Shown piece after piece: positions 8,257 to 17,905 of a stretch of 64,000 bases of DNA; the stretch's first letter is position 1; each line of letters starts with the position of its first letter. The DNA comes from Flavobacteriales bacterium (GTDB taxonomy: Bacteria; Bacteroidota; Bacteroidia; Flavobacteriales_C; GCA-002722245): contig PBEC01000018.1 of the NCBI GenBank assembly GCA_002717515.1, positions 19,818 to 83,817 on the forward strand. The letters run 5' to 3'. Both the position numbers and the translations under genes were made by a program. A model generated the notes under the pieces. That model was not told the DNA's origin, made no database searches, and worked only from the letters and a program-made list of their open reading frames with translations.

Positions 8257-10891
8257 ATGAAGAACTTCAGGGTAAACCAACCCAAAACAAGCCTTCTTAC
8301 AAAATATATGTAATCGTTTTTTGGCTTATATTTTTTTTAGGAATTGGTTCGTGCTTTTATCTTTTTAATGGAATTGCAAATCATGAACTTTTGGGGAAAC
8401 TACCTTCTTTTCAGCAGCTAGAAAATCCAAAAACACTTCTTGCAACTCGTTTACTCTCTTCAGATGGAAAGGAGTTGGGAACTATTTTTAAAGAAAATAG
8501 GTCATTAGCTGAGTATGATGAGTTGTCTTCTTTTCTTGAAGATGCTTTGGTTTCAACCGAAGATGAAAGGTTTTACGGTCATAGTGGTATTGATGGAAGG
8601 TCTTTAGCTAGAGCCGTAATTAAAGGTGGAAGTTCAGGAGGAGGAAGTACGATATCTCAACAGCTGGCTAAGATGCTCTTTACTGAAAAAGTAGTTAAAA
8701 ACAAATGGGAAAGGGCTAAGCAAAAACTTAAGGAGTGGGTTGTTGCTGTTCAATTGGAAAAACAGTATACAAAAGAAGAAATTATCACAAAATACTTTAA
8801 TACATTGGATTTCGTAAATAATGCTGCGGGTATTAAATCTGCTTCTCAAGTTTATTTTAATACTACTCCAAAAGAATTGAAAATAGAAGAAGCTGCAATG
8901 TTTGTAGGGATGGCCAAAACCCAGCTCTTTTCAATCCTCTAAGAAGACCTGACACAACTTTATTCAGGAGAAATGTCGTGTTTGCTCAGATGTTGAAAAA
9001 TGAAAAAATAACAAAGTTCGAGTTTGATTCATTAAAAAAGTTGCCGCTTGGAATAAAGTTTAATTTGGCTTCTCATCATTCTGGGACAGCAACCTATTTT
9101 CGTCAGGAAGTAAAAAAGAAATTAAGGAAAATATTTAAAACGTTAAAAAAACCTGACGGTACTCCATATAATGTTTATCAAGATGGGCTAAAAATATATA
9201 CAAGTATAAATTATGATATGCAAAGATATGCTGAAAATGCAGTTAAAACTCATTTAGGGAAAGAGTTACAACCCGCATTTTTTAAGCATTGGAAATCAAA
9301 ATCAAAAAATATAAAAAAGTATGCTCCGTTTTATTTTGAAGATTATACTGAAGAGGAAAAATCTGATGCAGTTGAAAAATTAATTAAAAATGGGATTAGA
9401 ACATCTGGTCGTTACAGAAGGGCTTTGGATGCAAATAATCAAGTTAGAACAGTTACATATGCCTACAATAGAGCAACAACAAAAAATCAAAAATGGATAA
9501 ATAAAGTCCAATATTTCGACAGTAAACGTCACCTGGTTCAACAAGAGTTGAATCGACTAAACAGAGATACAACGAATGCATGGGTAATTAGAAAAGAAAA
9601 AAACAGAGTTCGAAAAGAAATTAAACTTTACCAAGACAGCATATCAAAGTATAAGAAAAAAAGTTCTGATTTTAAGGTTCAACTGGAACAAAAGAGGAAA
9701 GAGTATTTGAAGCTATGGAAACCTTTTGATCGAGATATGATGACTAAATTCGATGTAAAAATTCCTATGCGAATTTTCACTTGGGAAGGCGAAAAAGATA
9801 CTGTAATGAGTCCACGTGATTCAGTAATTCATCACAAGTGGTACCTTCGCTCCGGATTATTGTCTATCGACCCTCATACTGGATTCATAAAAGCCTGGGT
9901 AGGGGGGATAAACTACAAGTATTTTCAATACGATCACGTAAGAGCGACAAGGCAAGTTGGATCAACGTTTAAGCCGTTTGTTTACGCAACGGCAATTGAA
10001 AACGGAGTAAATCCATGTGAGGAATATTTAAATGAAGAAGTTACTTTTCCTGCAGGAACATTCGGTTTAGAAGAATCCTGGAAGCCCAAGAATGCTGGAG
10101 AGGAATCTCACCTTGACGGTCAATCCTTAACGTTAAAAATGGCACTAGCCAACTCCATAAATTCCATAACAGCTAGAATTATGAAAAATTTTGGTCCTGA
10201 AGCAGTAATTGACGTTGCTCGAAGGTGCGGAATCACGACACCAATTGAAGCGGTTCCATCTATATGCTTAGGAACACCGGATGTTTCTCTTTACGAGATG
10301 GTTTCTGCATATTCTGTTTTTGCAAATAAGGGAGTTCGTGTTGAACCTCAGTTCATAACAAAAATCGAGGATAAAAATGGTTCGGTAATATGGTCTCCCA
10401 GTCCTAAACGAATTGAGGTTATGACCGAGGAAAACGCATATAAAATGATTGAGTTGTTGAGTGGCGTCGCTGAATATGGTCCAAAAGTTGGCGGTAAGGC
10501 AACTTTTGGAACCGGAGTTCGATTAAGGTCTCCATCCAGGCCTTATGGAAAAATACCATATTCGGTTAAAATAGCCGGTAAAACAGGAACGACTCAAATG
10601 CAAAGTGACGGATGGTTTATGGGAATCACTCCGGATTTGGTTACAGGGGTTTGGACTGGGTGTGAGGACAGAGCAGCACATTTTTTATCTCTACAATTGG
10701 GTATGGGGACAAATATGGCGCTTCCTATTTGGGGATACTATATGAACGATGTTTACAAAAACTCTAAGTTAAAAGTTTCAAAAGGAGATTTTGAAGTTCC
10801 AGAATCTCTCGAAAATGAGGAATTTAATTGTGTAAAAAGAAGATTAAATTCTGTAGGTCCCTCCGATGCCATAGATTATGATGATTTTTAA
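8253..10891 (+). pseudogene. mrcA: Penicillin-binding protein 1A (transglycosylase + transpeptidase), split by a 1-nt frameshift at 8916-8919 (possibly a sequencing artefact)
   Basis: ORF 8253-8942 has the TM anchor and EDERFY/GGSTISQQLAK motifs; ORF 8978-10891 has STFK, SIN and KTG. Adding one A at 8916-8919 restores GMAKNPALFNPLRRPDTTLFRRNVVFAQM. Confidence 0.9.
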
Positions 10892-11054
10892 TGCCTTCTT
10901 AGTTGTTTACTTCCTCAGTAAAAAAAGGAAATTTTTCTTTTTTGGAAACCCTTTATTCAGGAGACAAGTTTATAAATAAGTTGAATAAAACTTAAATACT
11001 AAAAAATAGAGGGTGACTTTATTTGTTTAATAAAAACAATTCTATATCCATCAA

Positions 11055-12212
11055 ATGAGTAAGGGAGTAACGAAGTTTATATTATTATCAGTTTTACTTT
11101 TGAATGTAAAAAATTCATCGGCTACAAATCTATTTTTGATTAAAAAATCGCTTTGTGATAGTTGTGAAAATAATTTAAACTTTCGGTTTGAGAGCTCTTC
11201 TTTTTTAAAAAACAATGAGTACGCTGGTAATTTCGCCAATGGTTTTACAGGTATAGGAGTTATGTTAAAACCAACTTTAGAGTATTATTTTAACCAAAAG
11301 ACCAAGTTGAATTTGGGCGCTTTCGGATTAAAATATTCGGGATTAAATGGCTTTTCTCAATTAATTCCGATATATCAAATACACCACAAAGTAGTTAACG
11401 GTTTTGAATTAGTATTGGGGAATTTATATGGAAATTTAAATCATGATTTAGCGGAACCGTTATATCGTTTTGATTATTATTATTTAGACAATGTTGAGTA
11501 TGGTGTGCAATTGCTTCATGAATCTAAATATGTTAATTCAGATTTATGGTTGAATTGGGAAAAATTCATTTTTGAAGGAGATCCGTTTCAAGAAGAATTT
11601 ACTTTAGGGAATCATACTAATATTAAATTATTCAGTCGAAAGCACATCAAATTAAAGGGGGACTTTCAATATTTAGTATATCATAAAGGAGGAGAAATAG
11701 ACAGTTACATTGGCCCTGCTTTTTGTGTGTTTAATGGTTCATACGGCTTCGATATTCAGTTTAACTCAAAAAAAATCACTTGTTCACTTAAACCGAAGTT
11801 TTTAACCTACAAAAATCAGAGGGCGCCAGCTGATGCGGAATTTTATAAATACTCTAAAGACGGCAATGGAATACTATTCTCCGGCGATTTTGAACATCCT
11901 TTTTTATATGTAGAAACAGGTTATTGGAAGGGTGACAGGTTTGTTTCTCCGATGGGTGAATATTTATATATGAGTGCTTCTGAGTCTGATTCAAATTTAT
12001 ATCAAGAAAATCGACAGATTTTTTTTACGAAATTTCGTTTAAAAAGGCACATGAGTGATAACTTAAAATTGGAATTAAGAGCAAATCTTTATGTTGATTT
12101 GAAAAATAATGCTTTACCGGATTATTCTTATGGAATATATTTTATCGCCAATGAGTTGTTCTTTTTACAAAAAATCAAAAAAAGAAAAAGTTTGAAAGGT
12201 CCAATTCATTGA
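11055..12212 (+). CDS. Hypothetical outer-membrane (beta-barrel-like) protein
   Basis: Signal peptide, F.NNEY motif, DLWLNWEKFI...QEEF and alternating aromatic beta-strands. Confidence 0.7.
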   Translation: MSKGVTKFILLSVLLLNVKNSSATNLFLIKKSLCDSCENNLNFRFESSSFLKNNEYAGNFANGFTGIGVMLKPTLEYYFNQKTKLNLGAFGLKYSGLNGFSQLIPIYQIHHKVVNGFELVLGNLYGNLNHDLAEPLYRFDYYYLDNVEYGVQLLHESKYVNSDLWLNWEKFIFEGDPFQEEFTLGNHTNIKLFSRKHIKLKGDFQYLVYHKGGEIDSYIGPAFCVFNGSYGFDIQFNSKKITCSLKPKFLTYKNQRAPADAEFYKYSKDGNGILFSGDFEHPFLYVETGYWKGDRFVSPMGEYLYMSASESDSNLYQENRQIFFTKFRLKRHMSDNLKLELRANLYVDLKNNALPDYSYGIYFIANELFFLQKIKKRKSLKGPIH

Positions 12213-12318
12213 TTTACTTTCAGTTTAAATGCAGAATTTTTTTCTTTAAATAATAAAATTAATCATCTGGCAAACAGATTTTTATAGGTCACAATCTCCC
12301 CAACTCTTATGAATTTAT

Positions 12319-12326
12319 TATTTTTG
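12319..12326 (+). promoter_or_regulatory. -7 promoter element for ileS
   Basis: TATTTTTG(C) 38 nt upstream of ATG 12364. Confidence 0.65.
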
Positions 12327-12327
12327 C

Positions 12328-12352
12328 AACCCCTAATCTATTTAGGGGTTTT
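12328..12352 (+). other. Inverted repeat between the ileS promoter element and start codon
   Basis: AACCCCTAA-TCTAT-TTAGGGGTT followed by TT. Confidence 0.6.
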
Positions 12353-12363
12353 AAATCGATGCC

Positions 12364-15300
12364 ATGGGTAAAAAATATACAGAATACAAGGGATTAAATC
12401 TTCCAAAATTAGGAGAGGAAGTTGGAGAGTTTTGGAAAGAACACTCAATCTTTGATAAATCAATTTCATCTAGAGAGGAAAACAAGCCTTTTGTGTTTTT
12501 TGAGGGTCCACCTTCAGCGAACGGAATGCCCGGAATTCATCATGCTATGGCTCGATCTATTAAAGATATTTTTTGTCGCTACAAAACGCTAAAAGGATAT
12601 CGTGTGAATCGAAAAGCAGGGGGGGATACTCACGGCTTACCCGTTGAATTAGGTGTTGAGAAAGAAATGGGAATTACCAAAGAAGATATTGGTGTAAAAA
12701 TCTCAATTGACGAATACAATCAAGCGTGTCGTGAATCGGTAATGCGTTATACCGATAAGTGGAATGAGCTTACCGAAAAAATGGGGTATTGGGTAGACTT
12801 AGAAGATCCATACATTACCTATGAGAATAAATACATGGAAACAGTTTGGTGGCTTTTGAAACAAATACACCAAAAGGACTTGATGTATAAAGGGTATACG
12901 ATACAACCCTACTCTCCTGCTGCAGGTACAGGATTATCCTCTCACGAGGTTAACTTGCCGGGATGTTATAAAGATGTAAAAGACACTACAATTGTTGCCC
13001 AATTTAAAGTCTTAAGTAATGAATTCAATCAAAAATGGGGGATTAGTGGAGATGTGCACTTTTTAGCATGGACAACAACTCCCTGGACACTTCCTTCAAA
13101 CACAGCTTTATGCGTTGGTCCTAAAATTGAATATTCTTTAGTCAAATCATTCAATCAATATACTGGAGAACCTATTCAGGTTATTATCGGATCACCTTTA
13201 GTTGGTAAGCAGTTCTCAGGAAAATACTTCGCCGTATCAACAGAGGAAGAAGTCTTTTATAAGGAAGGTGATAAAAAGATTCCTTACTACGTAGTAAAAA
13301 CATTTAAAGGCATTGATTTGGTTGGAATAAAATATGAGCAACTAATAAAAAGCTGTTTACCGTATTACGATGCTGAAAAAGCGTTTCAAGTTATTCAGGG
13401 GGACTTTGTTACTACAGAGGACGGAACAGGTATTGTCCATATTGCACCTACTTTTGGTGCGGACGATGCGGCTGTGGCGAAAGAAGCGGGTGTACCACCA
13501 ATGCTTATCCTTGATAGCAATCAAAACCCTGTTCCATTGGTCGATTTGACCGGGCGTTTTGTTGAACAGATGGGTGGAGATCTTGGAGGGATGTTTGTGA
13601 AAAATGAATATTATAATGAGGCAGAACGACCTGAAAAAGGAGTAGATGTTTTAATCGCGATCGATTTAAAAACCAATAATAAAGCGTTTAAGGTAGAAAA
13701 ATACGAGCACACCTATCCACATTGTTGGAGAACTGATAAGCCTGTATTGTACTATCCGTTGGACAGTTGGTTCATTCGAGCAACCAGTGTAAAAGCAAGA
13801 ATGTCCGAATTGAATAAAACAATTAATTGGAAACCTGAATCTACGGGAACAGGTCGTTTTGGGAATTGGTTGGAAAATGCCAATGACTGGAATTTATCGC
13901 GTTCACGGTATTGGGGAATTCCAATTCCCATTTGGAGTAATGAAGATGGGGAAATAAAAGTAATTGGTTCAGCAGAAGAATTAAAAGAAGAATGTCAAAA
14001 AGCGGTTGAGGCCGGTTTAATGAAGATCAATCCCTTAGCCGATTTTGTCGTGGGTGACATGAGTAAGGAGAACTATAATACATTTGACTTACATAAGAAC
14101 TATGTTGATGCAATAACCTTGGTTTCTGACTCAGGAAAAGCATTAACAAGAGAGCCCGACCTCATTGATGTTTGGTTCGATTCTGGCGCTATGCCTTATG
14201 CACAATGGCATTATCCATTTGAAAACAAGGAGCTTATTGATAACAATAAAGCCTTCCCAGCTGATTTTATTGCAGAAGGAGTTGACCAAACTCGAGGATG
14301 GTTTTATACTTTGCATGCTATTGCAACAATGTGTTTCGATTCTGTTGCGTATAAAAATGTTGTATCCAATGGACTTGTGCTGGATAAGGAGGGTCAAAAA
14401 ATGAGTAAGCGTTTAGGGAATGCAATTGACCCTTTTGAAACACTTTCTAAATATGGTCCCGATGCTACGCGATGGTATATGATGAGTAATTCTCAACCTT
14501 GGGATAATCTGAAGTTTGACATAGACGGTATTGCTGAGGTACAGCGTAAATTTTTTGGAACGATGTACAACACCTATCAGTTTTTTGGATTGTATGCAAA
14601 TCTTGATGGATTTGATTATTCACAAGAAGAAATTGAATTAGGAAAACGACCTGAAATCGATCGATGGATTCTTTCAAAATTAAACAGTTTGATAAAAGTG
14701 GTTGATGATGCATATGCCGATTACGAACCAACGAAAGCTTGTAGAGCAATCCAAGACTTTGTATCTGAGCAACTTTCCAACTGGTATGTGCGATTATGTA
14801 GAAGGCGTTTTTGGAAAGGAGACTATTCAGAAGATAAGATTTCTGCATACCAGACACTTTACAGATGCCTAGAAACCGTAGCCCAATTATCGGCTCCTGT
14901 AGCTCCGTTTTTCATGGATAGATTGTTCAAGGATTTGGATACTATTACAGGAAGACATCAAGTGGAGTCTGTTCATCTTTCGAACTTTCCGGTAGTAAAT
15001 GAAGAAGAAATTGATATTGACCTGGAAGAAAGAATGGATATTGCTCAAAAGCATTCCTCACTGATACTTGGATTGAGAAAAAAGAACAAACTAAAAGTTC
15101 GTCAACCGTTGCAAAAAATTATGGTACCTATACTCAATGAAAAGTTTGAACGTCAAATAGAAGCCGTCAAGGATTTAATTTTATCGGAAGTAAACGTAAA
15201 AGAACTTGAGTATTTAAAAGAGGATTCGGGTGTTTTGGTAAAAAAAGTAAAAGCGAATTTTAAACTTCTTGGGAAAAAATATGGAAAACAAATGAAAGCA

Positions 15301-15759
15301 GTAGCAGCAGCAATTGCTCAATTTGACCAGGCCACTATTTCTACAATTGAAAGAGAAGGAAAAATAGCGTTAAACATTGAAGGGAATCCAGAAATATTGT
15401 TAGAAGAAGTTGAAATATCAACAGAAGATATCCCTGGTTTATTAGTTGCGAGCGAAGGAAAATATACTGTAGCACTTGATATTACACTAACAGAGGAACT
15501 GAAGCAAGAGGGAATTGCACGAGAATTGGTAAATCGAATTCAAAATTTAAGAAAAGAGAAAGATTTTGACTTAACGGATAATATTAATTTAATGATTAAA
15601 AGTGTATCGGGGATAGATGCTGTAATTTCAAATTATAAGGAATACATCTGTACGGAAGTACTTGCCAAAGAAGTACAAATCTTAGAGGTTGTTGATAATG
15701 CACTTGAAGTAGAAGTTGATGAGAACATGACTACTGAAATTGCAATTGAAAAGGTTTGA
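12364..15759 (+). CDS. ileS: Isoleucine--tRNA ligase (type 2, Bacteroidota)
   Basis: FEGPPSANGMPGIHH (HIGH-equivalent), WTTTPWTLPSN, DWNLSRSRYWG, AEGVDQTRGWF and KMSKR. Confidence 0.98.
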   Translation: MGKKYTEYKGLNLPKLGEEVGEFWKEHSIFDKSISSREENKPFVFFEGPPSANGMPGIHHAMARSIKDIFCRYKTLKGYRVNRKAGGDTHGLPVELGVEKEMGITKEDIGVKISIDEYNQACRESVMRYTDKWNELTEKMGYWVDLEDPYITYENKYMETVWWLLKQIHQKDLMYKGYTIQPYSPAAGTGLSSHEVNLPGCYKDVKDTTIVAQFKVLSNEFNQKWGISGDVHFLAWTTTPWTLPSNTALCVGPKIEYSLVKSFNQYTGEPIQVIIGSPLVGKQFSGKYFAVSTEEEVFYKEGDKKIPYYVVKTFKGIDLVGIKYEQLIKSCLPYYDAEKAFQVIQGDFVTTEDGTGIVHIAPTFGADDAAVAKEAGVPPMLILDSNQNPVPLVDLTGRFVEQMGGDLGGMFVKNEYYNEAERPEKGVDVLIAIDLKTNNKAFKVEKYEHTYPHCWRTDKPVLYYPLDSWFIRATSVKARMSELNKTINWKPESTGTGRFGNWLENANDWNLSRSRYWGIPIPIWSNEDGEIKVIGSAEELKEECQKAVEAGLMKINPLADFVVGDMSKENYNTFDLHKNYVDAITLVSDSGKALTREPDLIDVWFDSGAMPYAQWHYPFENKELIDNNKAFPADFIAEGVDQTRGWFYTLHAIATMCFDSVAYKNVVSNGLVLDKEGQKMSKRLGNAIDPFETLSKYGPDATRWYMMSNSQPWDNLKFDIDGIAEVQRKFFGTMYNTYQFFGLYANLDGFDYSQEEIELGKRPEIDRWILSKLNSLIKVVDDAYADYEPTKACRAIQDFVSEQLSNWYVRLCRRRFWKGDYSEDKISAYQTLYRCLETVAQLSAPVAPFFMDRLFKDLDTITGRHQVESVHLSNFPVVNEEEIDIDLEERMDIAQKHSSLILGLRKKNKLKVRQPLQKIMVPILNEKFERQIEAVKDLILSEVNVKELEYLKEDSGVLVKKVKANFKLLGKKYGKQMKAVAAAIAQFDQATISTIEREGKIALNIEGNPEILLEEVEISTEDIPGLLVASEGKYTVALDITLTEELKQEGIARELVNRIQNLRKEKDFDLTDNINLMIKSVSGIDAVISNYKEYICTEVLAKEVQILEVVDNALEVEVDENMTTEIAIEKV

Positions 15760-15914
15760 TTTTTTTTAAACTTTGGGTTTCTCAAATTTTTAAGTTGGGT
15801 TTCTTTTCGAAAAAAAATCAATTCAAATGAAACCTTAATGCAAAAAAAATAGTTTATAGAGCAAATTACTTTAGAAGTAAGGTTGTAAAATAGCCAATTT
15901 TAATAGAATGTATT

Positions 15915-16301
15915 ATGAGTGAAAATTTGAGATATTCGGATAAAGATTTATCCGTTTTCAGACAGCTGATCGAAGAGAAAATTTTGAATGCTGAGAAGGA
16001 TTTAAAGCATTTCCAAGGCCAAATTGATTATTCAGGAAATAACTCAGGAGACGAAACGGGTAAGAAACTGGGCTCAATGGAAGATGGTTCTGAGGCTTTA
16101 GGAAGAGAGAAAATAGCACAACTTGCGCATCGCCAAAGAAAATTTATTCAACAGTTGAGAGCAGCAATTGTTAGAATAGAAAATAAAACGTACGGAATAT
16201 GCAGACAAACCGGAAAACTAATTTCAAAAGAACGATTAAAAATAGTTCCTCATACCACCTTGTCTATAGAGGCTAAAAATGCTCAGCAACAAGAGAGTTA
16301 A
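15915..16301 (+). CDS. TraR/DksA family transcription factor
   Basis: Coiled coil followed by RIENKTYGIC..TGKLI.KERL..VPH.TLSIEAK. Confidence 0.9.
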   Translation: MSENLRYSDKDLSVFRQLIEEKILNAEKDLKHFQGQIDYSGNNSGDETGKKLGSMEDGSEALGREKIAQLAHRQRKFIQQLRAAIVRIENKTYGICRQTGKLISKERLKIVPHTTLSIEAKNAQQQES

Positions 16302-16326
16302 AAAATAAGGTTAAACAAAACAATTT

Positions 16327-16357
16327 AAAGCCACCTCAAAAAAGAGGTGGCTTTTTT
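16327..16357 (+). terminator. Intrinsic terminator after the dksA-like gene
   Basis: GCCACCTC-A6-GAGGTGGC-T6. Confidence 0.9.
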
Positions 16358-16368
16358 GTGTATGACAA

Positions 16369-16396
16369 AAAACTTTCATTTTTTTTTGAAAGTTTT
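16369..16396. promoter_or_regulatory. Putative GbsR-family operator, site 1
   Basis: Perfect inverted repeat AAAACTTTCA-N8-TGAAAGTTTT directly upstream of the regulator gene. Confidence 0.7.
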
Positions 16397-16419
16397 AAAA
16401 AAACATGTAATATTGTAAT

Positions 16420-16926
16420 ATGGAATTAAAGGAAGCACAAGAAAAATTCATTTCGGCGTGGGGAGCGATTGGAACACATTGGGGAATCAATAGAACCATG
16501 GCACAAATTCATGCACTCCTTCTAATCAGTAACAACGCTCTTTCGACTGAGGATATTATGAGTCAACTTAATATTTCAAGAGGTAATGTGAATATGAATG
16601 TTCGAGAATTAATGTCCTGGGGAATTGTTCATAAAGTATTAAAATTTGGTGAAAGAAAGGAGTTTTTTACTGCTGAAAAAGATATATATAAGACTGCAAT
16701 TCAAATATTAAAAGAAAGGAGAAAACGTGAGCTTATTCCCATTTTAAATCTTTTGGGGGAGTTACAATCAGAAAATATTCAAGAAAGTGGAGGTGAACAT
16801 TTTAAGAAAGTAGTTGGTGATATCCATCAATTTGGTGAAAGCACTAATAAAATGTTAGAAAAAATGGTTAAAGCTGATGAACACTGGTTTACAGGGTCAT
16901 TAATGAAGTTTTTAGTCAAAAAGTAA
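16420..16926 (+). CDS. GbsR/MarR family transcriptional regulator
   Basis: F...WG..G..WGINRTMAQIHALL, HTH ISRGNVNMNVRELMSWGIV and GERKEFF.AEKD. Confidence 0.92.
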   Translation: MELKEAQEKFISAWGAIGTHWGINRTMAQIHALLLISNNALSTEDIMSQLNISRGNVNMNVRELMSWGIVHKVLKFGERKEFFTAEKDIYKTAIQILKERRKRELIPILNLLGELQSENIQESGGEHFKKVVGDIHQFGESTNKMLEKMVKADEHWFTGSLMKFLVKK

Positions 16927-16940
16927 AAAAATTTACACCC

Positions 16941-16964
16941 AAACTTTCATTAAAAATTGAAAAT
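16941..16964. promoter_or_regulatory. Putative GbsR-family operator, site 2
   Basis: AAACTTTCA-N8-TGAAAAT: same half-sites and spacing as site 1, upstream of the methyltransferase gene. Confidence 0.65.
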
Positions 16965-16974
16965 ACTGAATATT

Positions 16975-17874
16975 ATGAACATAACCGCTAAAATTTTAAA
17001 CCCAAGAGTGAAAACAAATCATCGGACGGAAAGTAATAATTCACTTGTAGATTATTACACTGAAGCCGGTCCTGATTATGAGTTTTGGAGTAAAAACTTT
17101 AATATGCATTTTGGTTACGCTGAAAAAAGATGGGATTGCTTAAGCAGAGAAAAAATGCTGCAAAGAATGAATGAGGTCCTGTTAAAATCACTTGAGTTAA
17201 AGCCGGGTAATGATGTTGTTGATTTAGGTTGTGGTCTTGCGGCTACAATTCGTTATGGAGCAAGAAAATATCCTAAAACTTTTTTTAAGGGTATAACGAT
17301 TACCCCTTGGCAGGTTGAAAAATCTCAGGAATTAATTAATCGTTTAAATTTAAAAAATGCGTCAGTTGTATATGGTGATTATGCAAATTTAAATATACAG
17401 TCTGATACTATTGACGCTGCTTTTGGATTGGAAAGTATTTCTCATGCAGAGGGAACCAATAAAACAAAACCACTTAATGAGGCCTTCCGAATTTTAAAAC
17501 CAGGAGGTCGGTTCACTATGATTGACGGATTTATTAAAAAACCTGAGCGAGAACTTTCTAATGCTGTCAAAGGGATGTATCGATTAGTTTGTCAAAATTG
17601 GGCTTTACCCAGTTTTCCAAATATAAACGAGGTTGTTTATGAACTTAAAAGTATCGGGTTTAGAGAGATAGAAGTAGATGAAATAAGCTGGAAAATAGCT
17701 CCTTCTGCTGTTCATGCTCCATTTCTGTCGTTGTTTTTTTTAATAAAAAGTTTTTTTACAGGTAAAAAATTAAAGAGACAAAACTGGAACAACTTAAAGG
17801 CATGTTTCACTATATTCTTTTTGGGGATTTTCAGAAAATCCATTGGATATTATAAAATAAGTGCAAAGAAATAG
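16975..17874 (+). CDS. Class I SAM-dependent methyltransferase (sterol/tocopherol-MT-like)
   Basis: DYY....NMHFGY N-terminal motif, VVDLGCG motif I, ESISHA and RILKPGGRF. Confidence 0.85.
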   Translation: MNITAKILNPRVKTNHRTESNNSLVDYYTEAGPDYEFWSKNFNMHFGYAEKRWDCLSREKMLQRMNEVLLKSLELKPGNDVVDLGCGLAATIRYGARKYPKTFFKGITITPWQVEKSQELINRLNLKNASVVYGDYANLNIQSDTIDAAFGLESISHAEGTNKTKPLNEAFRILKPGGRFTMIDGFIKKPERELSNAVKGMYRLVCQNWALPSFPNINEVVYELKSIGFREIEVDEISWKIAPSAVHAPFLSLFFLIKSFFTGKKLKRQNWNNLKACFTIFFLGIFRKSIGYYKISAKK

Positions 17875-17905
17875 TTTTTTATTAGATGAATTTGTTTGAA
17901 ATAAA

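Noticed and set aside
8910-8930. Programmed ribosomal frameshift in PBP1A
   Set aside because: No X_XXY_YYZ heptamer or stimulatory structure is visible; a single-base indel is the simpler explanation.
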